From the NCBI GenBank assembly GCA_963701965.1, contig OY969695.1:1376001-1440000 (forward strand): a stretch of 64,000 nt of DNA, in the 5' to 3' direction. A program made the position numbers and the translations under genes. Within the stretch, counting starts at the first letter, position 1, and every line of letters begins with the position of its first letter. Of the stretch, positions 50,476 to 64,000 are shown one piece after another. Source of the stretch: an uncultured Gemmatimonadales bacterium (GTDB lineage Bacteria > Gemmatimonadota > Gemmatimonadetes > Gemmatimonadales > Gemmatimonadaceae). Under the pieces are notes generated by a model. The model was given only the letters and a program-made list of their open reading frames with translations. It did not search any database and was not told the origin of the DNA.

Positions 50476-51810
50476 TCAGTAGCCGCCCTGGGGAGAGATA
50501 CCCCGGGCCTTGACGCGGCCGCCTTTCTTCATGAACCCGTCGTACTTCCGGAGCAGCAGGTGTTGGTTCATCTGCGTGATCGTGTCCAGCGCGACACCGA
50601 CTACGATCAGCAGCGACGTCCCGCCGAAGCGGAACGGCACGTTGATCTGGTCCGCGATGAACATGGGGAGCAGCGCGATGAACGTGAGGAAGATGGCGCC
50701 CGGCAGCGTGATCCGGGACATGACCTCGTCAATGTACTCCGCCGTCTTCGTGCCCGGCTTCACGCCCGGAATGAAGCCGCCCTGCTTCTTGAGATTCTCA
50801 GCCAGGTCGACCGGGTTGAAGATGATCGACGTGTAGAAATACGTGAAGAAGACGGTGAGAATCGCCATCAGGCTGAAATAGAGGAACGTTCCTGGCGCGA
50901 AATACTCCGCCAGGTCTCGGGCCCACGGCCGGCCGCTGAACTGGGCGATCGCGCCCGGGACGACGATCACCGACTGCGCGAAGATGATCGGCATGACACC
51001 CGCCGAGTTGATCTTGAGCGGGATGTAGTTCTTCGCCGCCTCGCGCATGCGACCGCGGGCCATGGTCCGCTGCGGGATCTGGATCGGCACCTTCCGCGAG
51101 GCCACCGTAATCACGATGATGCCCGCGACCACGCCGACCATGAGGGCCCCCAGCACCAGCAGCTTCACGACGTTCGTGGCGCCCGTATTGATGTACTTCA
51201 TGGTGTCGAAGATCCCAGGCCAGAATCGTTCGACGATCGAGAAGAAGATGATGAGGCTTGCGCCGTTCCCGAGGCCGCGCTCCGTGATCTGCTCACCGAG
51301 CCACATCACGAAAATCGCGCCGGTCGTAAGGAAGAGCACCATCTGCACCCGGAAACCGAACCCCGGATTCACGACCGCGCCCTGCAGCGACTCGGTGAAC
51401 AGGGCGAAGCCATACGCCTGGACGATGGCCAGCGCCACGGTGATGTAGCGGGTCCACTGCGTCAGCTTCTTCCGCCCTTCCTCGTCCTTTTGCATCTTGT
51501 CGACCTGCGGCAGGACCGCGCCCGCGATCTGGACGAAGATGCTGGCCGAGATGTACGGCATGATGCCGAGGGCGAAGACCGTGGCCTTGGACAGGCCACC
51601 GCCGACGAACAAGTCGTACAACCCCAGCAGGCCGCCCTTCCCCTGATTATTGAAGAAGTCCGTCAGGGCCACGACATCGATGCCCGGCGCCGTGATGTGC
51701 GCGCCCACGCGGTAGATCGCCAAGCACAGGAACGTGAAGAGGATCTTGTCCTTGAGCTCGGTCGTCTTCCAGACGTTGGCCAGTGCCGCGGCCGGATTTG
51801 CTTGTGCCAT
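50476..51810 (-). CDS. secY: Preprotein translocase subunit SecY
   Basis: ALGIMPYISASI, GEQITERGLGNG, IPGVKPG, GGTSLLIVVGV. Confidence 0.98.
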   Translation of the reverse strand: MAQANPAAALANVWKTTELKDKILFTFLCLAIYRVGAHITAPGIDVVALTDFFNNQGKGGLLGLYDLFVGGGLSKATVFALGIMPYISASIFVQIAGAVLPQVDKMQKDEEGRKKLTQWTRYITVALAIVQAYGFALFTESLQGAVVNPGFGFRVQMVLFLTTGAIFVMWLGEQITERGLGNGASLIIFFSIVERFWPGIFDTMKYINTGATNVVKLLVLGALMVGVVAGIIVITVASRKVPIQIPQRTMARGRMREAAKNYIPLKINSAGVMPIIFAQSVIVVPGAIAQFSGRPWARDLAEYFAPGTFLYFSLMAILTVFFTYFYTSIIFNPVDLAENLKKQGGFIPGVKPGTKTAEYIDEVMSRITLPGAIFLTFIALLPMFIADQINVPFRFGGTSLLIVVGVALDTITQMNQHLLLRKYDGFMKKGGRVKARGISPQGGY

Positions 51811-51817
51811 TTTTTGA

Positions 51818-52300
51818 CTACTCCTCGACTCGGCCCCCAGCCGCTACGATGCGCTCCCGTGCGCCCGCACTGACCTTGACGCCGCGTACTACGACTGGCC
51901 GGGCCAGTGTGCCCGTCGCCAGGACTTTCGGCGCGCCTTTCGACTTCCGGGCCAGTCCGGCTTCGACCAGCGACTCGAGGGTGACGTCGGTCCCTTCCGG
52001 GATCCGCGTCAACGCATCGAGGCGCACGACCTGAGCCTCTTCCCGGAACGGATTCGTGAACCCGCGCTTGGGCACACGCCGCGTCAGCGGCATCTGGCCA
52101 CCTTCGAACTGTGGCTTCCCGCCGCCCGGGCCGTGGTGGCCCGCGCGCGCCTTGATGCCCTTGTGACCCTTGCCGGACGTCTTACCCGTGCCCGACCCGG
52201 GGCCGCGACCGATGCGCTTCCGGTTGCGATGGGAACCCGGCGCCGGACTCAGGGAGTCGAGCCCGATGTGCGCGATTTTCTTCTCTGTCTTGTCAGCCAT
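51818..52300 (-). CDS. rplO: 50S ribosomal protein L15
   Basis: RIGRGPGSG.GKTSGKGHKG, FEGGQMPL.RR.PKRGF. Confidence 0.97.
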   Translation of the reverse strand: MADKTEKKIAHIGLDSLSPAPGSHRNRKRIGRGPGSGTGKTSGKGHKGIKARAGHHGPGGGKPQFEGGQMPLTRRVPKRGFTNPFREEAQVVRLDALTRIPEGTDVTLESLVEAGLARKSKGAPKVLATGTLARPVVVRGVKVSAGARERIVAAGGRVEE

Positions 52301-52303
52301 CGC

Positions 52304-52552
52304 TTACTCCTTCACCGTCACGGATACCAAGTGACGCACTTGCTTGAGCTGGCCGGCCAGCGAGGCCGAAAACGGCCGCACCACGGTGTCCTGATGGTGC
52401 TTGAGGCCGATCGCGCGCAGCGTCGCGCGCAGCCGCTCCGGATGCCCGATCCCGCTCCTCACTTGTTTGATCTCCACGGTCTTCGCATCCGTCACCATCT
52501 TCGGCGTATGCGACGGACCGCGGGTGCGATGCCACACGAACCGCCTAGGCAT
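52304..52552 (-). CDS. rpmD: 50S ribosomal protein L30 (N-terminal extension)
   Basis: IKQVRSGIG...TLRAIGL...VRHLV; position between rpsE and rplO. Confidence 0.93.
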   Translation of the reverse strand: MPRRFVWHRTRGPSHTPKMVTDAKTVEIKQVRSGIGHPERLRATLRAIGLKHHQDTVVRPFSASLAGQLKQVRHLVSVTVKE

Positions 52553-53363
52553 GCGCGGCCTCCTTGCCCTTGGCCCGCGACTTGTACCCCAGCGTCGCCG
52601 GCTCGAGACCGCGCTCGCGCGCGATCTGCTCGACCGTCGTCAGCCGATGCAATCCGTCGAGCGCGGCCAACACCATGTTGTGCGGATTGGTCGAGCCCAG
52701 GCTCTTGGTCAGAATATCCGAGATGCCCGCGCATTCCATGATGGCGCGGACGGCGCCGCCGGCAATGACGCCGGCGCCCGGTGCCGCGGGCTTCATGAGG
52801 ACGCGACCGGCGCCGTGCTCGCCGACGATCTCGTGCGGAATGGTGCCGCCCGTGAGCGGCACCGCCGCCATCCGGCGTCGCGCGGCGTCGACTGCTTTGC
52901 GCACGGCCTCGGACACTTCGTTGGCCTTGCCCGTCGCGAACCCGACGCGCCCTTGACCGTCGCCGACGGCGACGAGGGCATTGAACGAGAAGCGCCGGCC
53001 GCCTTTGACGACCTTGGCGACACGATTGATGGCGATGACGTTCTCCAGGAGATCGCCACCCTCGCGGCCGCCGTCACCGCCACGACCACCGTCGCCACGC
53101 GGGCGCCGATCGCCGTCGCGGCCCCCGGGGCCGCCACCACCAGGGCCACCGCCCGGACCGCCACGGCCGCGACCACCGCCGCCGCCCGGTCCGCCGCGCC
53201 CACGACCACCGCCGCCGCCACCCGGGCCGCCGCGACCGCCACGGCCGCCGCCTCCACCACCGCCGCCACCGGGCCGGCGCGGGGGACCGCCCGGACCGCG
53301 GGACGGGGCGCCGCCCGAGCCGGCGCCTGGGGTGCTACGCGATTCTGGTTGTTGATCTGCCAT
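52545..53363 (-). CDS. rpsE: 30S ribosomal protein S5 with long Gly/Arg-rich N-terminus
   Basis: [32 protein letters not shown]. Confidence 0.97.
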   Translation of the reverse strand: MADQQPESRSTPGAGSGGAPSRGPGGPPRRPGGGGGGGGGRGGRGGPGGGGGGRGRGGPGGGGGRGRGGPGGGPGGGGPGGRDGDRRPRGDGGRGGDGGREGGDLLENVIAINRVAKVVKGGRRFSFNALVAVGDGQGRVGFATGKANEVSEAVRKAVDAARRRMAAVPLTGGTIPHEIVGEHGAGRVLMKPAAPGAGVIAGGAVRAIMECAGISDILTKSLGSTNPHNMVLAALDGLHRLTTVEQIARERGLEPATLGYKSRAKGKEAAHA

Positions 53364-53365
53364 GT

Positions 53366-53725
53366 CTAAAACTCCAGGCCGCCCTCACGGGCGCCGTCGG
53401 CCACTGCCTTCACGCGGCCATGATATTTGTACCCCGCCCGATCGAACACGACGCGCGTGATGCCGGCCGCTTTGGCCTTTTCGGCGATCCGCTTGCCGAC
53501 TTCCGCCGACTTCGCGGTCTTCTTGCCCTCTTCGACGCCATGGCTGGACACGGTCATCAGGGTCCGCCGCGCATCGTCGTCGACGATCTGGGCATAAATG
53601 TGCTTGAGCGAGCGGTAGACGACGAGCCGCGGGCGCTCCGGCGTCCCGGCGATCTTCTTCCGCACCCGCAGGTGTCGCCGCACCCGCTTTTCCTCGCGGG
53701 TCTTGGGAATCCCGATTCTGCCCAT
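53366..53725 (-). CDS. rplR: 50S ribosomal protein L18
   Basis: [24 protein letters not shown]. Confidence 0.97.
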   Translation of the reverse strand: MGRIGIPKTREEKRVRRHLRVRKKIAGTPERPRLVVYRSLKHIYAQIVDDDARRTLMTVSSHGVEEGKKTAKSAEVGKRIAEKAKAAGITRVVFDRAGYKYHGRVKAVADGAREGGLEF

Positions 53726-54264
53726 TACTTGCCTCCGGCCTTGCCCGCCTTCCGGCGGACGACCTCGCCCACGTACTTGATGCCCTTGCCCTTGTAGGGC
53801 TCGGGTGGCCGCAACGAGCGCAGCTCGGCGGCGACTTGTCCCACGATCTCTTTGTTCGCGCCCTCGACGATGATCGACGTGGGCTGCGGCGCCGTCAGCT
53901 TGATGCCCTTCGGCGCGCGGTATTCGACCGGGTGCGAGAACCCCAGGGCCAGCTGCAGACCGTAGGGACGCTGCTCGGCCTTGTACCCGACGCCGATGAT
54001 CTCCAGTTGCTTCTTGAAGCCGTCGGTCACGCCTTCGATCATGTTGGCGACCAACGTCCGGGTGAGCCCGTGCAACGCCTTGTGGCGCGGGTCATCGGAC
54101 GGCCGCGTCACCAGCACCTGGGCGCCGTCCACCGTGACGGTCATCTCGGGGTTCAGCATGCGCGCGAGCTCGCCTTTGGGGCCCTTCACCGTGACGGCGG
54201 ATCCGTTCACCGTCACCGTGACACCCTTGAGAATCGGGACCGGCTTTTTGCCAATACGCGACAT
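53725..54264 (-). CDS. rplF: 50S ribosomal protein L6
   Basis: [24 protein letters not shown]; start ATG 54264. Confidence 0.97.
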   Translation of the reverse strand: MSRIGKKPVPILKGVTVTVNGSAVTVKGPKGELARMLNPEMTVTVDGAQVLVTRPSDDPRHKALHGLTRTLVANMIEGVTDGFKKQLEIIGVGYKAEQRPYGLQLALGFSHPVEYRAPKGIKLTAPQPTSIIVEGANKEIVGQVAAELRSLRPPEPYKGKGIKYVGEVVRRKAGKAGGK

Positions 54265-54272
54265 GGGCGCTC

Positions 54273-54674
54273 CTACCAGACGACGGCGAGCAACTCGCCG
54301 CCTTGCCGGGCGGCGCGCGCCTGCCGGTCGCTCATCAAGCCTTTGGACGTGCTCAGAATCGCCAGGCCCAAGCCGTTGCGCACGCGCGGGATCTCGTTCA
54401 CGCCGACATACCGCCGGAGTCCGGGCGAGGAGACGCGCTGCAGTTCCCGAATGACGGGCTGTCCGCTCTGCGCGTACTTGAGGATCACGCGCAGGATCTT
54501 GTGTCCTTCGTCCGTGTCGATGCTCCGGTAATCCTGGATCAGCGCGTTCTCCTTGAGCACGCGCGCGATCTCGACCTTGAGTTTCGACTGTGGCATATCG
54601 ACGCGCCAATGCTTCGCTCCGCACGCATTGCGGATGCGGGTGAGCATATCGGCGATGGGATCGGTCATCGTCAT
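54273..54674 (-). CDS. rpsH: 30S ribosomal protein S8
   Basis: TDPIADMLTRIRN, SPGLRRY, STSKG, GGE. Confidence 0.97.
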   Translation of the reverse strand: MTMTDPIADMLTRIRNACGAKHWRVDMPQSKLKVEIARVLKENALIQDYRSIDTDEGHKILRVILKYAQSGQPVIRELQRVSSPGLRRYVGVNEIPRVRNGLGLAILSTSKGLMSDRQARAARQGGELLAVVW

Positions 54675-54687
54675 GGATTATCCTCGC

Positions 54688-54873
54688 CTACCAGCTCGCC
54701 TTGCGGACGCCGGGGATGAAGCCGTTGAGGGCTTGGTCGCGGAAGCAGATCCGGCAGTAGCCGAACTTGCGCAGGAACGCGCGGGCGCGTCCGCAGCGCT
54801 GGCAGCGATTGTGCCGCCGCACGGCGAATTTCGGGGTCCGCTTGGCCTTCTCGATCATGGCTTTTCTCGCCAT
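54688..54873 (-). CDS. rpsN: 30S ribosomal protein S14, zinc-binding type
   Basis: RCQRCGR...[14 protein letters not shown]. Confidence 0.97.
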   Translation of the reverse strand: MARKAMIEKAKRTPKFAVRRHNRCQRCGRARAFLRKFGYCRICFRDQALNGFIPGVRKASW

Positions 54874-54875
54874 CG

Positions 54876-55625
54876 CTACGCTCTCGCCTGAAGTCTGGTC
54901 GCCGTGCCGCGCTCGTCGGCCCGGAAGGGAAGCCCCAACTCGCGCAGCAGCGCGAGCGCGCGGTCATCCCGTCCCGCGGTCGTCACGAGCGTGACATCCA
55001 TGCCGTGCACCTGCTCGATCATATCGTAGTTGATCTCGGGAAAGATCATCTGTTCTTTCACGCCCATCGAATAGTTGCCGCGGCCGTCGAACGACCGGGT
55101 CGACAATCCGCGAAAGTCGCGAATGCGCGGGATCGCGATCGAGATGAACCGGTCGAGAAACTCCCACATCCGCGCGCCGCGCAACGTGACCGCGGCGCCG
55201 ATCTCCTGGCCCTCGCGCAGTCCATAGTTGGCGATCGACTTCTTGGCCCGCTTGCGCACGGGTTGCTGCCCGGTGATGATCGCCAGCTCCTCCACCACCT
55301 TGTCCAGCACCTTGGGCTGCTTGATGGCCTCGCCGACGCCGACGTTGATCACGATCTTGCTCAGCCTCGGCACTTGGTGCGGGTTCTGCAGACTGAACTC
55401 CTGCATGAGCCGGGTCTTGACGGTCGACGCGTAGAACACGCGAAGCCGCGGCGGCGGCACGGGCCGCCCCGCGCCCGCGTGCGGTCCGCGCGGCGCGGCC
55501 GCGGCGTCGCGATCGCGACTCGCCTTCCGGGAGCTCCCGCCCCCACCGCCCCCGCCACCAGCCGGGGCGCCGGGCTTCTTCTCTTTGGTCTTGCCCTTCT
55601 CGCCTTCTTTCTCTTTCCCAGCCAC
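54876..55625 (-). CDS. rplE: 50S ribosomal protein L5 with N-terminal extension
   Basis: [30 protein letters not shown]. Confidence 0.97.
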   Translation of the reverse strand: MAGKEKEGEKGKTKEKKPGAPAGGGGGGGGSSRKASRDRDAAAAPRGPHAGAGRPVPPPRLRVFYASTVKTRLMQEFSLQNPHQVPRLSKIVINVGVGEAIKQPKVLDKVVEELAIITGQQPVRKRAKKSIANYGLREGQEIGAAVTLRGARMWEFLDRFISIAIPRIRDFRGLSTRSFDGRGNYSMGVKEQMIFPEINYDMIEQVHGMDVTLVTTAGRDDRALALLRELGLPFRADERGTATRLQARA

Positions 55626-55635
55626 GGTTCTCTCC

Positions 55636-56034
55636 TTACCTCGCGCGGCGAATGGCGCCGCCGCCCTTGACGCTCAAACGTTCCTTGGTCCCATCGTCGT
55701 CGATCCGGGTCGCGATACGCGTCGCCACGTTCGACGACGGGTCGATCAGCATGACGTTCGACAGGTGGACCGGCGCCGGCATCTCGATGATGCCGCCCTG
55801 ATCCTCCGGTCCGCGCGCCCGGCGGTGCTTCTTCACAATGTTCACGCCTTCGATCGTGACGCGCCCCCGCTTGAGATCCACGCGAATGATCTTGCCGTCC
55901 TTTCCGCGATCGTCGCCGCGCATGACGCGCACGGTGTCGCCTTTCGTGATCCGCGTCTTCACGCGCTCGACGTTGATCGCGTGCCGCGTGCGGTTCTTCT
56001 TCTTCCGGGTCTTCCGGTGGGTCAAAATGCGCAC
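55636..56034 (-). CDS. rplX: 50S ribosomal protein L24 with basic N-terminal extension
   Basis: KGDTVRVMRGDDRGK KOW motif, EGVNIVKKH, HLSNV. Confidence 0.96.
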   Translation of the reverse strand: MRILTHRKTRKKKNRTRHAINVERVKTRITKGDTVRVMRGDDRGKDGKIIRVDLKRGRVTIEGVNIVKKHRRARGPEDQGGIIEMPAPVHLSNVMLIDPSSNVATRIATRIDDDGTKERLSVKGGGAIRRAR

Positions 56035-56035
56035 G

Positions 56036-56404
56036 TTACAGCACCTCAGGGGCGAGCGAGACGATCTTCATGTACTTCTTCTCGCGCAGCTCACGGGCCA
56101 CGGGTCCGAAGATACGCGTGGCCCGCGGCTCGCCGGCCTCGTTGATGATCACGACGGCGTTCTCATCGAACCGGATATAGCTGCCATCTTTGCGGCGCGT
56201 TTCCTTGGCCGTTCGCACCACCACGGCCCGCGCCACGTCCGACTTCTTCACGGTGCCATTGGGCAGCGCGTCTTTGACCGCGACGATCACGGTGTCCCCA
56301 AGTCCGGCGTACCGGCGGCGCGTGCCGCCGAGGACGCGGATGACCAGCGCGCGCTTGGCGCCAGAGTTGTCGGCGACCTTCACGATCGATTCTTGTTGAA
56401 TCAT
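56036..56404 (-). CDS. rplN: 50S ribosomal protein L14
   Basis: [32 protein letters not shown]. Confidence 0.98.
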   Translation of the reverse strand: MIQQESIVKVADNSGAKRALVIRVLGGTRRRYAGLGDTVIVAVKDALPNGTVKKSDVARAVVVRTAKETRRKDGSYIRFDENAVVIINEAGEPRATRIFGPVARELREKKYMKIVSLAPEVL

Positions 56405-56682
56405 CGGGCACGCTCAATGATCTCGACCACACGCCACCGCTTGTCCTTGGACAGCGGCCGCGTCTCCATGATGCGCACGACATCGCCGGCCTTGGACGCG
56501 TTCTCCTCGTCGTGGGCCTTAAAGTGCTTGGTGCGCGTGATCATCTTGCCGTACGTGGGGTGCGGCACGCGCCGCTCGATCGCCACGACGACGGTCTTCT
56601 GCATCTTGTCGCTCACCACGGTCCCGACGCGGGTCTTCCGGTGCGCTCGGTCGTGGTCGTGTGCTGCTATCGTCTCAGGCAT
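56401..56682 (-). CDS. rpsQ: 30S ribosomal protein S17
   Basis: [27 protein letters not shown]. Confidence 0.97.
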   Translation of the reverse strand: MPETIAAHDHDRAHRKTRVGTVVSDKMQKTVVVAIERRVPHPTYGKMITRTKHFKAHDEENASKAGDVVRIMETRPLSKDKRWRVVEIIERAR

Positions 56683-56872
56683 TGGCGCGCTCGCGTTCAC
56701 GAAGAATGGTCTTGAGCCGCGCGATATCCCGGCGCAGCCAGCGGAGCTCGAGGGGTTTGTCGAGTGTCTCGGTGGCGCCGCGGAATCGCAGGCGAAACCG
56801 GGACTCCTCCTTCTCGACGATCAGCGCCCGGATGTCCGCGTCACTCATCTCCCGGATCTCGTCAGTTTGCAT
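56675..56872 (-). CDS. rpmC: 50S ribosomal protein L29
   Basis: EIREMS...FRLRF...RRDIARLKT; position. Confidence 0.95.
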   Translation of the reverse strand: MQTDEIREMSDADIRALIVEKEESRFRLRFRGATETLDKPLELRWLRRDIARLKTILRERERANA

Positions 56873-57290
56873 CCGTGTGCGCCTCCTCGCGAACGACGAA
56901 CTTGGTCTTGACGCCGAGCTTGGCGGCGGCGAGCCCCATCGCCTTCTTGGCGATGTCCGGCGTCACGCCCTCCAGCTCGAACATCACCCGGCCCGGCTTG
57001 ACCACGGCCACCCACCCTTCGGGCGAGCCCTTGCCCTTTCCCATGCGGGTCTCGGCGGGCTTCTTGGTGATCGGTTTGTCGGGGAAGATCCGAATCCACA
57101 CTTTGCCGCCGCGCTTGATGTGACGGGTCAGCGCGACACGCGCGGCCTCGATCTGCCGGTTGGACACCCACCCGGGCTCGAGCGCCTGCAGACCGTAGTG
57201 ACCGTTGACGACGGTGTTGCCACGCGTCGCCAGGCCAGTCGTGCGGCCCTTGAACATCTTGCGAAACTTGACCCGCTTCGGACTCAGCAT
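56862..57290 (-). CDS. rplP: 50S ribosomal protein L16
   Basis: [26 protein letters not shown]. Confidence 0.98.
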   Translation of the reverse strand: MLSPKRVKFRKMFKGRTTGLATRGNTVVNGHYGLQALEPGWVSNRQIEAARVALTRHIKRGGKVWIRIFPDKPITKKPAETRMGKGKGSPEGWVAVVKPGRVMFELEGVTPDIAKKAMGLAAAKLGVKTKFVVREEAHTDAN

Positions 57291-57297
57291 CGTCGCC

Positions 57298-57957
57298 TCA
57301 GGAACCCGTCGAGTACGTCTTGCCGCGGCGATCCTCGACGATCTCGCCCTTGAAGATCCAGACTTTCACGCCAATCGTGCCGAAGGTGGTCTTGGCCGTC
57401 GAGGTCGCGTAGTCAATGTCGGCGCGCAACGTGTGCAACGGCACCCGGCCCTCGTGATAGCCCTCGACGCGGGCGATCTCGGCGCCGCCCAACCGGCCGC
57501 CGCACTTGATCTTGATGCCCTGCGCCCCCATCCGCATCGCGCTCTGCACCGCGCGCTTCATGGCGCGGCGAAAGGAAATGCGCTGGGCCAACTGGTTGGC
57601 GACGTTGTCGGCCACCAGCTGGGCGTCGAGCTCGGGACGCTTGATCTCTTCGACGTTGATCCCGACTTCTTTCCCGCTGAGCTGGGTGAGCTCGTCACGG
57701 AGCTTGTCGACTTCCGCGCCTTTCTTGCCGATCACCACACCCGGACGCGCCGTGTGCACGGTCACGACGACCTTGCCCGGCTTGCGCTCGATATGGATGT
57801 CGGCGATCGCGGCGTGGCCGACGCGCGCCTTCAAGTATTTGCGCAGCAGCTCGTCTTCCTTGAGCAGCGCCGGGAAGTCGCGGTTGGCGTACCAGCGCGA
57901 GCGCCACTGCTTCGAGACGCCGAGCCGGAACCCGATCGGATTGGTCTTCTGTCCCAT
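57298..57957 (-). CDS. rpsC: 30S ribosomal protein S3
   Basis: [33 protein letters not shown]. Confidence 0.98.
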   Translation of the reverse strand: MGQKTNPIGFRLGVSKQWRSRWYANRDFPALLKEDELLRKYLKARVGHAAIADIHIERKPGKVVVTVHTARPGVVIGKKGAEVDKLRDELTQLSGKEVGINVEEIKRPELDAQLVADNVANQLAQRISFRRAMKRAVQSAMRMGAQGIKIKCGGRLGGAEIARVEGYHEGRVPLHTLRADIDYATSTAKTTFGTIGVKVWIFKGEIVEDRRGKTYSTGS

Positions 57958-58460
57958 TATGCCTCGCCCGTCGGCTTCGCCGACTTCGCTTTACTGGACT
58001 TCGTGCCCGTCTTGGCGGCGCTCGCCTTTGGCTTCGCGCTGGACGGCTGCTTGGCCTTCGTCTTGGCCGCGCCGGTCTTCGGAGCGGCCGGCACTCGTAC
58101 GGGCTTCACGCGCTCCGAGACCACGATCTCCACGTGGCTCGTGCGCTTGATCACCGGCGTCGCCCGGCCCATGGCCGCGGGCGTGAACCGCTTGAGCTTC
58201 GGCCCTTCGTTGACCACCGCGTGCTTCACATACAACGCGTCGACGTCGACGGACTCGTTGGCCGTGCGCGCCTTGTGCTCGGCGTTGGCGACGGCCGAGT
58301 GCAACACCTTCGCGATCTCGCGGGAGGCGTGCTTCTTCGAGAACTGGAGCAGCGCCAGCGCCTCGTTCACGTCCTTGCCGCGAATCTGGTCGATGACCAG
58401 CCGCATCTTGTAGGGCGACTGGCGCGTCGTGCGCTGAATGGCGCGAACATCGGCGGCCAC
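57957..58460 (-). CDS. rplV: 50S ribosomal protein L22 with Lys/Ala-rich C-terminal tail
   Basis: [32 protein letters not shown] 58460. Confidence 0.96.
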   Translation of the reverse strand: MAADVRAIQRTTRQSPYKMRLVIDQIRGKDVNEALALLQFSKKHASREIAKVLHSAVANAEHKARTANESVDVDALYVKHAVVNEGPKLKRFTPAAMGRATPVIKRTSHVEIVVSERVKPVRVPAAPKTGAAKTKAKQPSSAKPKASAAKTGTKSSKAKSAKPTGEA

Positions 58461-58461
58461 G

Positions 58462-58806
58462 TTACTTCCCTCCCCGCGCGCCCGGGCCCGATGCGCCGCC
58501 GCCACCGCCCGGCGCCGACGGCACGCCCGTCGCCTTCTTGTCGACGGCCTTGCCCGAGTGCCCGCGGAAGAGCCGGGTGGGCGCGAATTCGCCGAGCTTG
58601 TGCCCGACCATGTTCTCGGTCACGTACACGGGAATGAACTTGTTGCCGTTGTGGACGGCAAACGTGTGCCCGACGAAATCGGGAATGACCGTGCTGGCTC
58701 GCGACCAGGTCTTGATCACCCGCTTTTCGTTGCGCGTGTTCATCGTGCCGATCTTCTTGATCAGGCTCTCGTGAACGTACGGCCCTTTGTGAACGCTTCT
58801 CGCCAT
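58462..58806 (-). CDS. rpsS: 30S ribosomal protein S19 with Gly-rich tail
   Basis: [26 protein letters not shown]. Confidence 0.97.
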   Translation of the reverse strand: MARSVHKGPYVHESLIKKIGTMNTRNEKRVIKTWSRASTVIPDFVGHTFAVHNGNKFIPVYVTENMVGHKLGEFAPTRLFRGHSGKAVDKKATGVPSAPGGGGGASGPGARGGK

Positions 58807-58829
58807 GACTGATCTCTACCTATTGGGAG

Positions 58830-59660
<831 letters not shown>

Positions 59661-59683
59661 AGCGAGTCTCGTTGCTTGGTAGA

Positions 59684-59971
59684 TCAGCCTTCGAACACGT
59701 CGATCGAATCACCGTCGCGGAGCGTGACGATCGCCTTTTTCCAGTCGTGGCGCCGGCCCGCGGTCTTCCCGACCTTGCGCTCTTTTCCGCGCTGGTTGGA
59801 TGTCCAGACGCCGGTAACCTTGACGCCGAACAACGACTCGATCGCCTGCCGAATGGCCGGCTTCGTCGCCGTCGACGCGACCTCGAACGTGTACTCGCCG
59901 CGCTCCTGATAGGCGGCCGAGCTCTTCTCGGTCACCAGCGGGCGAATGATGGTGCGATGCAGCGTGGGCAT
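59684..59971 (-). CDS. rplW: 50S ribosomal protein L23
   Basis: [22 protein letters not shown]. Confidence 0.97.
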   Translation of the reverse strand: MPTLHRTIIRPLVTEKSSAAYQERGEYTFEVASTATKPAIRQAIESLFGVKVTGVWTSNQRGKERKVGKTAGRRHDWKKAIVTLRDGDSIDVFEG

Positions 59972-59974
59972 CGG

Positions 59975-60934
59975 TTATTTCCCCCGTCCCTTATTGCCAC
60001 CGCCGCGCGCGCCCTTCTTGGCGGCGCCCGGCTTGGCCGGTGCCTTCTTCGACTGCGTGCGCGACTGCCCCTTGGACTGCGCCGTGCCCTTGGCCTGCTG
60101 CGACCCACCGCGCGTGCCGCCCTTTGCCTGGGCCTGCCCCCGCTTGGGCGCCGCTTTCTTCTTGGCCGACTTGGCGGCCGCCGGCTTCGTGGCCGCGGCG
60201 GCCTTGGCCGCCGCCTTCGCGGGCTTCGCGGCCTTGGGCGCCTTCGCGGCTTTCTTCGTCTCGGCGGCGACTGGCCGCTGGCGCTTCTCGATGACCGGCG
60301 CCGTCTCCTTGAGCGGCTCCATCGTGAACCCGATCGCCGGCGCTTCAATGAGCACGACGTCGGACCACAGGAGATGATACGTCGAGACGTCGGCGTACGG
60401 CATCACGTGCACGAGTGGCAGATTCCGGCCGGACAGGAAGACGTTCTGCTTCACGCCGTCCGTCAGGATCAGCACTTTCTTCGCGTCCACCGCGAGCGAC
60501 GTCAACAGCAGGACCAACCGCTTCGTGCTGGGCTGATCGTACACGAACGTGTCGATGACGATGATGCCATCCTCGGCCGCCCGCGCATTGAACGCGCTCT
60601 TCCGGGCCAGCGCCCGCACTTGCCGCGGCACGTACTGCGCATAGCTGCGCGGGATCGGCCCGAATACGGTACCACCGCCCACCCAGTTCGGCGCCCGGAT
60701 CGAACCCTGGCGCGCGCGACCCGTGCCCTTCTGCTTCCACGGCTTCTGATTGCCGCCGGCGACGAGGCCGCGGGTCTTGGTCTTCGCGTTGCCCTGCCGC
60801 TGATTGGCGAGGTACGCCTTGACCGCCTGGTGCATGACCGGGACGTTCACCGTGCCATCGAACAACTCATCCGGCAACGCCACGCGTTCGCGCGCGGTGC
60901 CGAAGGACGAAAAGACGGGTGCGGAAGCGGCCAC
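59975..60934 (-). CDS. rplD: 50S ribosomal protein L4 with histone H1-like Lys/Ala-rich C-terminal extension
   Basis: [35 protein letters not shown]. Confidence 0.97.
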   Translation of the reverse strand: MAASAPVFSSFGTARERVALPDELFDGTVNVPVMHQAVKAYLANQRQGNAKTKTRGLVAGGNQKPWKQKGTGRARQGSIRAPNWVGGGTVFGPIPRSYAQYVPRQVRALARKSAFNARAAEDGIIVIDTFVYDQPSTKRLVLLLTSLAVDAKKVLILTDGVKQNVFLSGRNLPLVHVMPYADVSTYHLLWSDVVLIEAPAIGFTMEPLKETAPVIEKRQRPVAAETKKAAKAPKAAKPAKAAAKAAAATKPAAAKSAKKKAAPKRGQAQAKGGTRGGSQQAKGTAQSKGQSRTQSKKAPAKPGAAKKGARGGGNKGRGK

Positions 60935-60937
60935 GGC

Positions 60938-61609
60938 TCAGCCCTGCTTGCGGACGACGACGATCCCGTTCTTGGGACCGGCCACCGAGCCGCGGATATA
61001 GAGGAGATTGCGCTCCGCGTCGACTTTCTCGACCCGGAGATGGGTCTGGGTGTGCTGCTCGTGCCCGAAATGGCCGGGCATGCGCTTGCCCTTGATCACG
61101 CGCGACGGATCGGTGCCGGGGCCCACGGAACCGGGGCGCCGGTGCTTGGTGTTGCCATGCGTGTTGGGTCCGCCGCCGAACGAATGGCGCTTGACGACGC
61201 CCTGGAACCCGCGGCCTTTCGTCGTGCCGGTGACCTTGACCTGGTCGCCGGGCGCGAATAGGCCGACGCCGATCGTGTCGCCGATCTTGAGCTCCGGCAC
61301 GGCGACGCTCTTGGGCCCGTCATCGAGACGCAGCGTGCGCAGGACCGCGGGCGGCGCGCTCAACCCCGCCTTCGCGGCGTGACCGATCGCGGCCTTGGTC
61401 GCGCGGCGCCCGCGCGGCGTGCGCTCGCCCTTCTTGGACTCGCGCGCGATGCGCTGCGCCCCGAAGCCGAGCTGCACCTGCTGCAGGCTGCCGGTCATGA
61501 CCTGCACGACCGGATTCGGCGCGGCCTCGACGACCGTGCACGGGATCTGGAGACCCTCGGCCGTGAACACGTGGGTCATGCCGACCTTTTTGCCAATGAT
61601 GCCGATCAT
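60938..61609 (-). CDS. rplC: 50S ribosomal protein L3
   Basis: [32 protein letters not shown]. Confidence 0.97.
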   Translation of the reverse strand: MIGIIGKKVGMTHVFTAEGLQIPCTVVEAAPNPVVQVMTGSLQQVQLGFGAQRIARESKKGERTPRGRRATKAAIGHAAKAGLSAPPAVLRTLRLDDGPKSVAVPELKIGDTIGVGLFAPGDQVKVTGTTKGRGFQGVVKRHSFGGGPNTHGNTKHRRPGSVGPGTDPSRVIKGKRMPGHFGHEQHTQTHLRVEKVDAERNLLYIRGSVAGPKNGIVVVRKQG

Positions 61610-61613
61610 GGCG

Positions 61614-61922
61614 CTACTCGACCTTGATCTCGACGTCGACGCCGGCCGGAAGATCCAGCTTCGTCAACGCGTCGACCGTCTGGGCGCGGGAGTCGAGAAT
61701 GTCGATCACGCGCTTGTGCGTCTTGAGCTCGAACTGCTCGCGGGACTTCTTGTCGACGTGCGGCGAACGCAGCACGGTCCAGCGCTGCGTCTTCGTCGGC
61801 AGCGGAATCGGGCCCGACACCTGGGCGCCGGTCTTCTCGGCCGTGCGCACGATGTCGGCCGACGCTTGGTCGATGACCGCGTGGTCGAATGCCTTGAGAC
61901 GAATGCGAATTCTGCCAGCCAT
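61614..61922 (-). CDS. rpsJ: 30S ribosomal protein S10
   Basis: [31 protein letters not shown]. Confidence 0.98.
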   Translation of the reverse strand: MAGRIRIRLKAFDHAVIDQASADIVRTAEKTGAQVSGPIPLPTKTQRWTVLRSPHVDKKSREQFELKTHKRVIDILDSRAQTVDALTKLDLPAGVDVEIKVE

Positions 61923-61950
61923 GATATTCTCTATAAGGTAGAAGGATTAT

Positions 61951-62030
61951 TGGGGAGGATTCCCCAGATCCCTCAGCGTGCGAGTCTCTTTGCCTACTGC
62001 TCGATTCGCCTGCGTAAGAATCGAGTCTCT

Positions 62031-62032
<2 letters not shown>
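61951..62032 (-). promoter_or_regulatory. Structured tuf-rpsJ intergenic region (two hairpins plus a direct repeat)
   Basis: TGGGGA-ggat-TCCCCA (61951-61966); CTCGATTC-N10-GAATCGAG (62000-62025); CGAGTCTCTTT at 61981 and 62022. Confidence 0.45.
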
Positions 62033-63224
<1,192 letters not shown>

Positions 63225-63240
63225 GACTATTTCACCGTGA

Positions 63241-64000
<760 letters not shown>

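Noticed and set aside
53090..53300. Tandem GC-rich DNA repeats as CRISPR or non-coding repeat
   Set aside because: They encode the Gly/Arg-rich N-terminus of uS5; there are no unique spacers.
54265..54624. N-terminal extension of L6
   Set aside because: Overlaps rpsH in another frame; canonical MSRIGK start is at 54264.

Overview
GC-rich bacterial chromosomal segment. The gene repertoire and ribosomal protein features suggest Gemmatimonadota (inference only). Single-base frameshifts in otherwise intact genes, including essential trpS and purA, suggest an error-prone long-read assembly. Layout: (1) 1-5.3 kb accessory patch: two paralogous lipoproteins (one with NHL-like repeats), a cassette-like lipoprotein, a HipB/HipA-type toxin-antitoxin pair, and a decayed segment. 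(2) Class II ribonucleotide reductase nrdJ and an SDR. (3) An envelope block: peptidase-propeller-Omp85-like protein plus amidase, a divergent Ser/Thr kinase-PP2C-FHA/trypsin protease operon, murQ-anmK-nagZ, and ggt. (4) ABC exporter, response regulator, phosphodiesterase-like protein, TIGR00300-like protein, priA and an AsmA-family gene. (5) A 12.5-kb minus-strand run: trpS, M28 peptidase, purA, ypdA, glyQS, M3-like peptidase, histidine kinase, then an unusual coupled module (small hypothetical, ubiquitin-like protein, HDAC-family deacetylase, methyltransferase, orphan GvpL/F, zinc-ribbon Ser/Thr kinase) in which two genes appear to start with CTG. (6) suhB and ftcD. (7) The fusA-tuf-S10-spc cluster to secY-adk-map, ending in a coupled RimJ/RimL-like GNAT; several r-proteins carry long low-complexity extensions. 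No rRNA, tRNA, CRISPR array, integrase or transposase was recognised.
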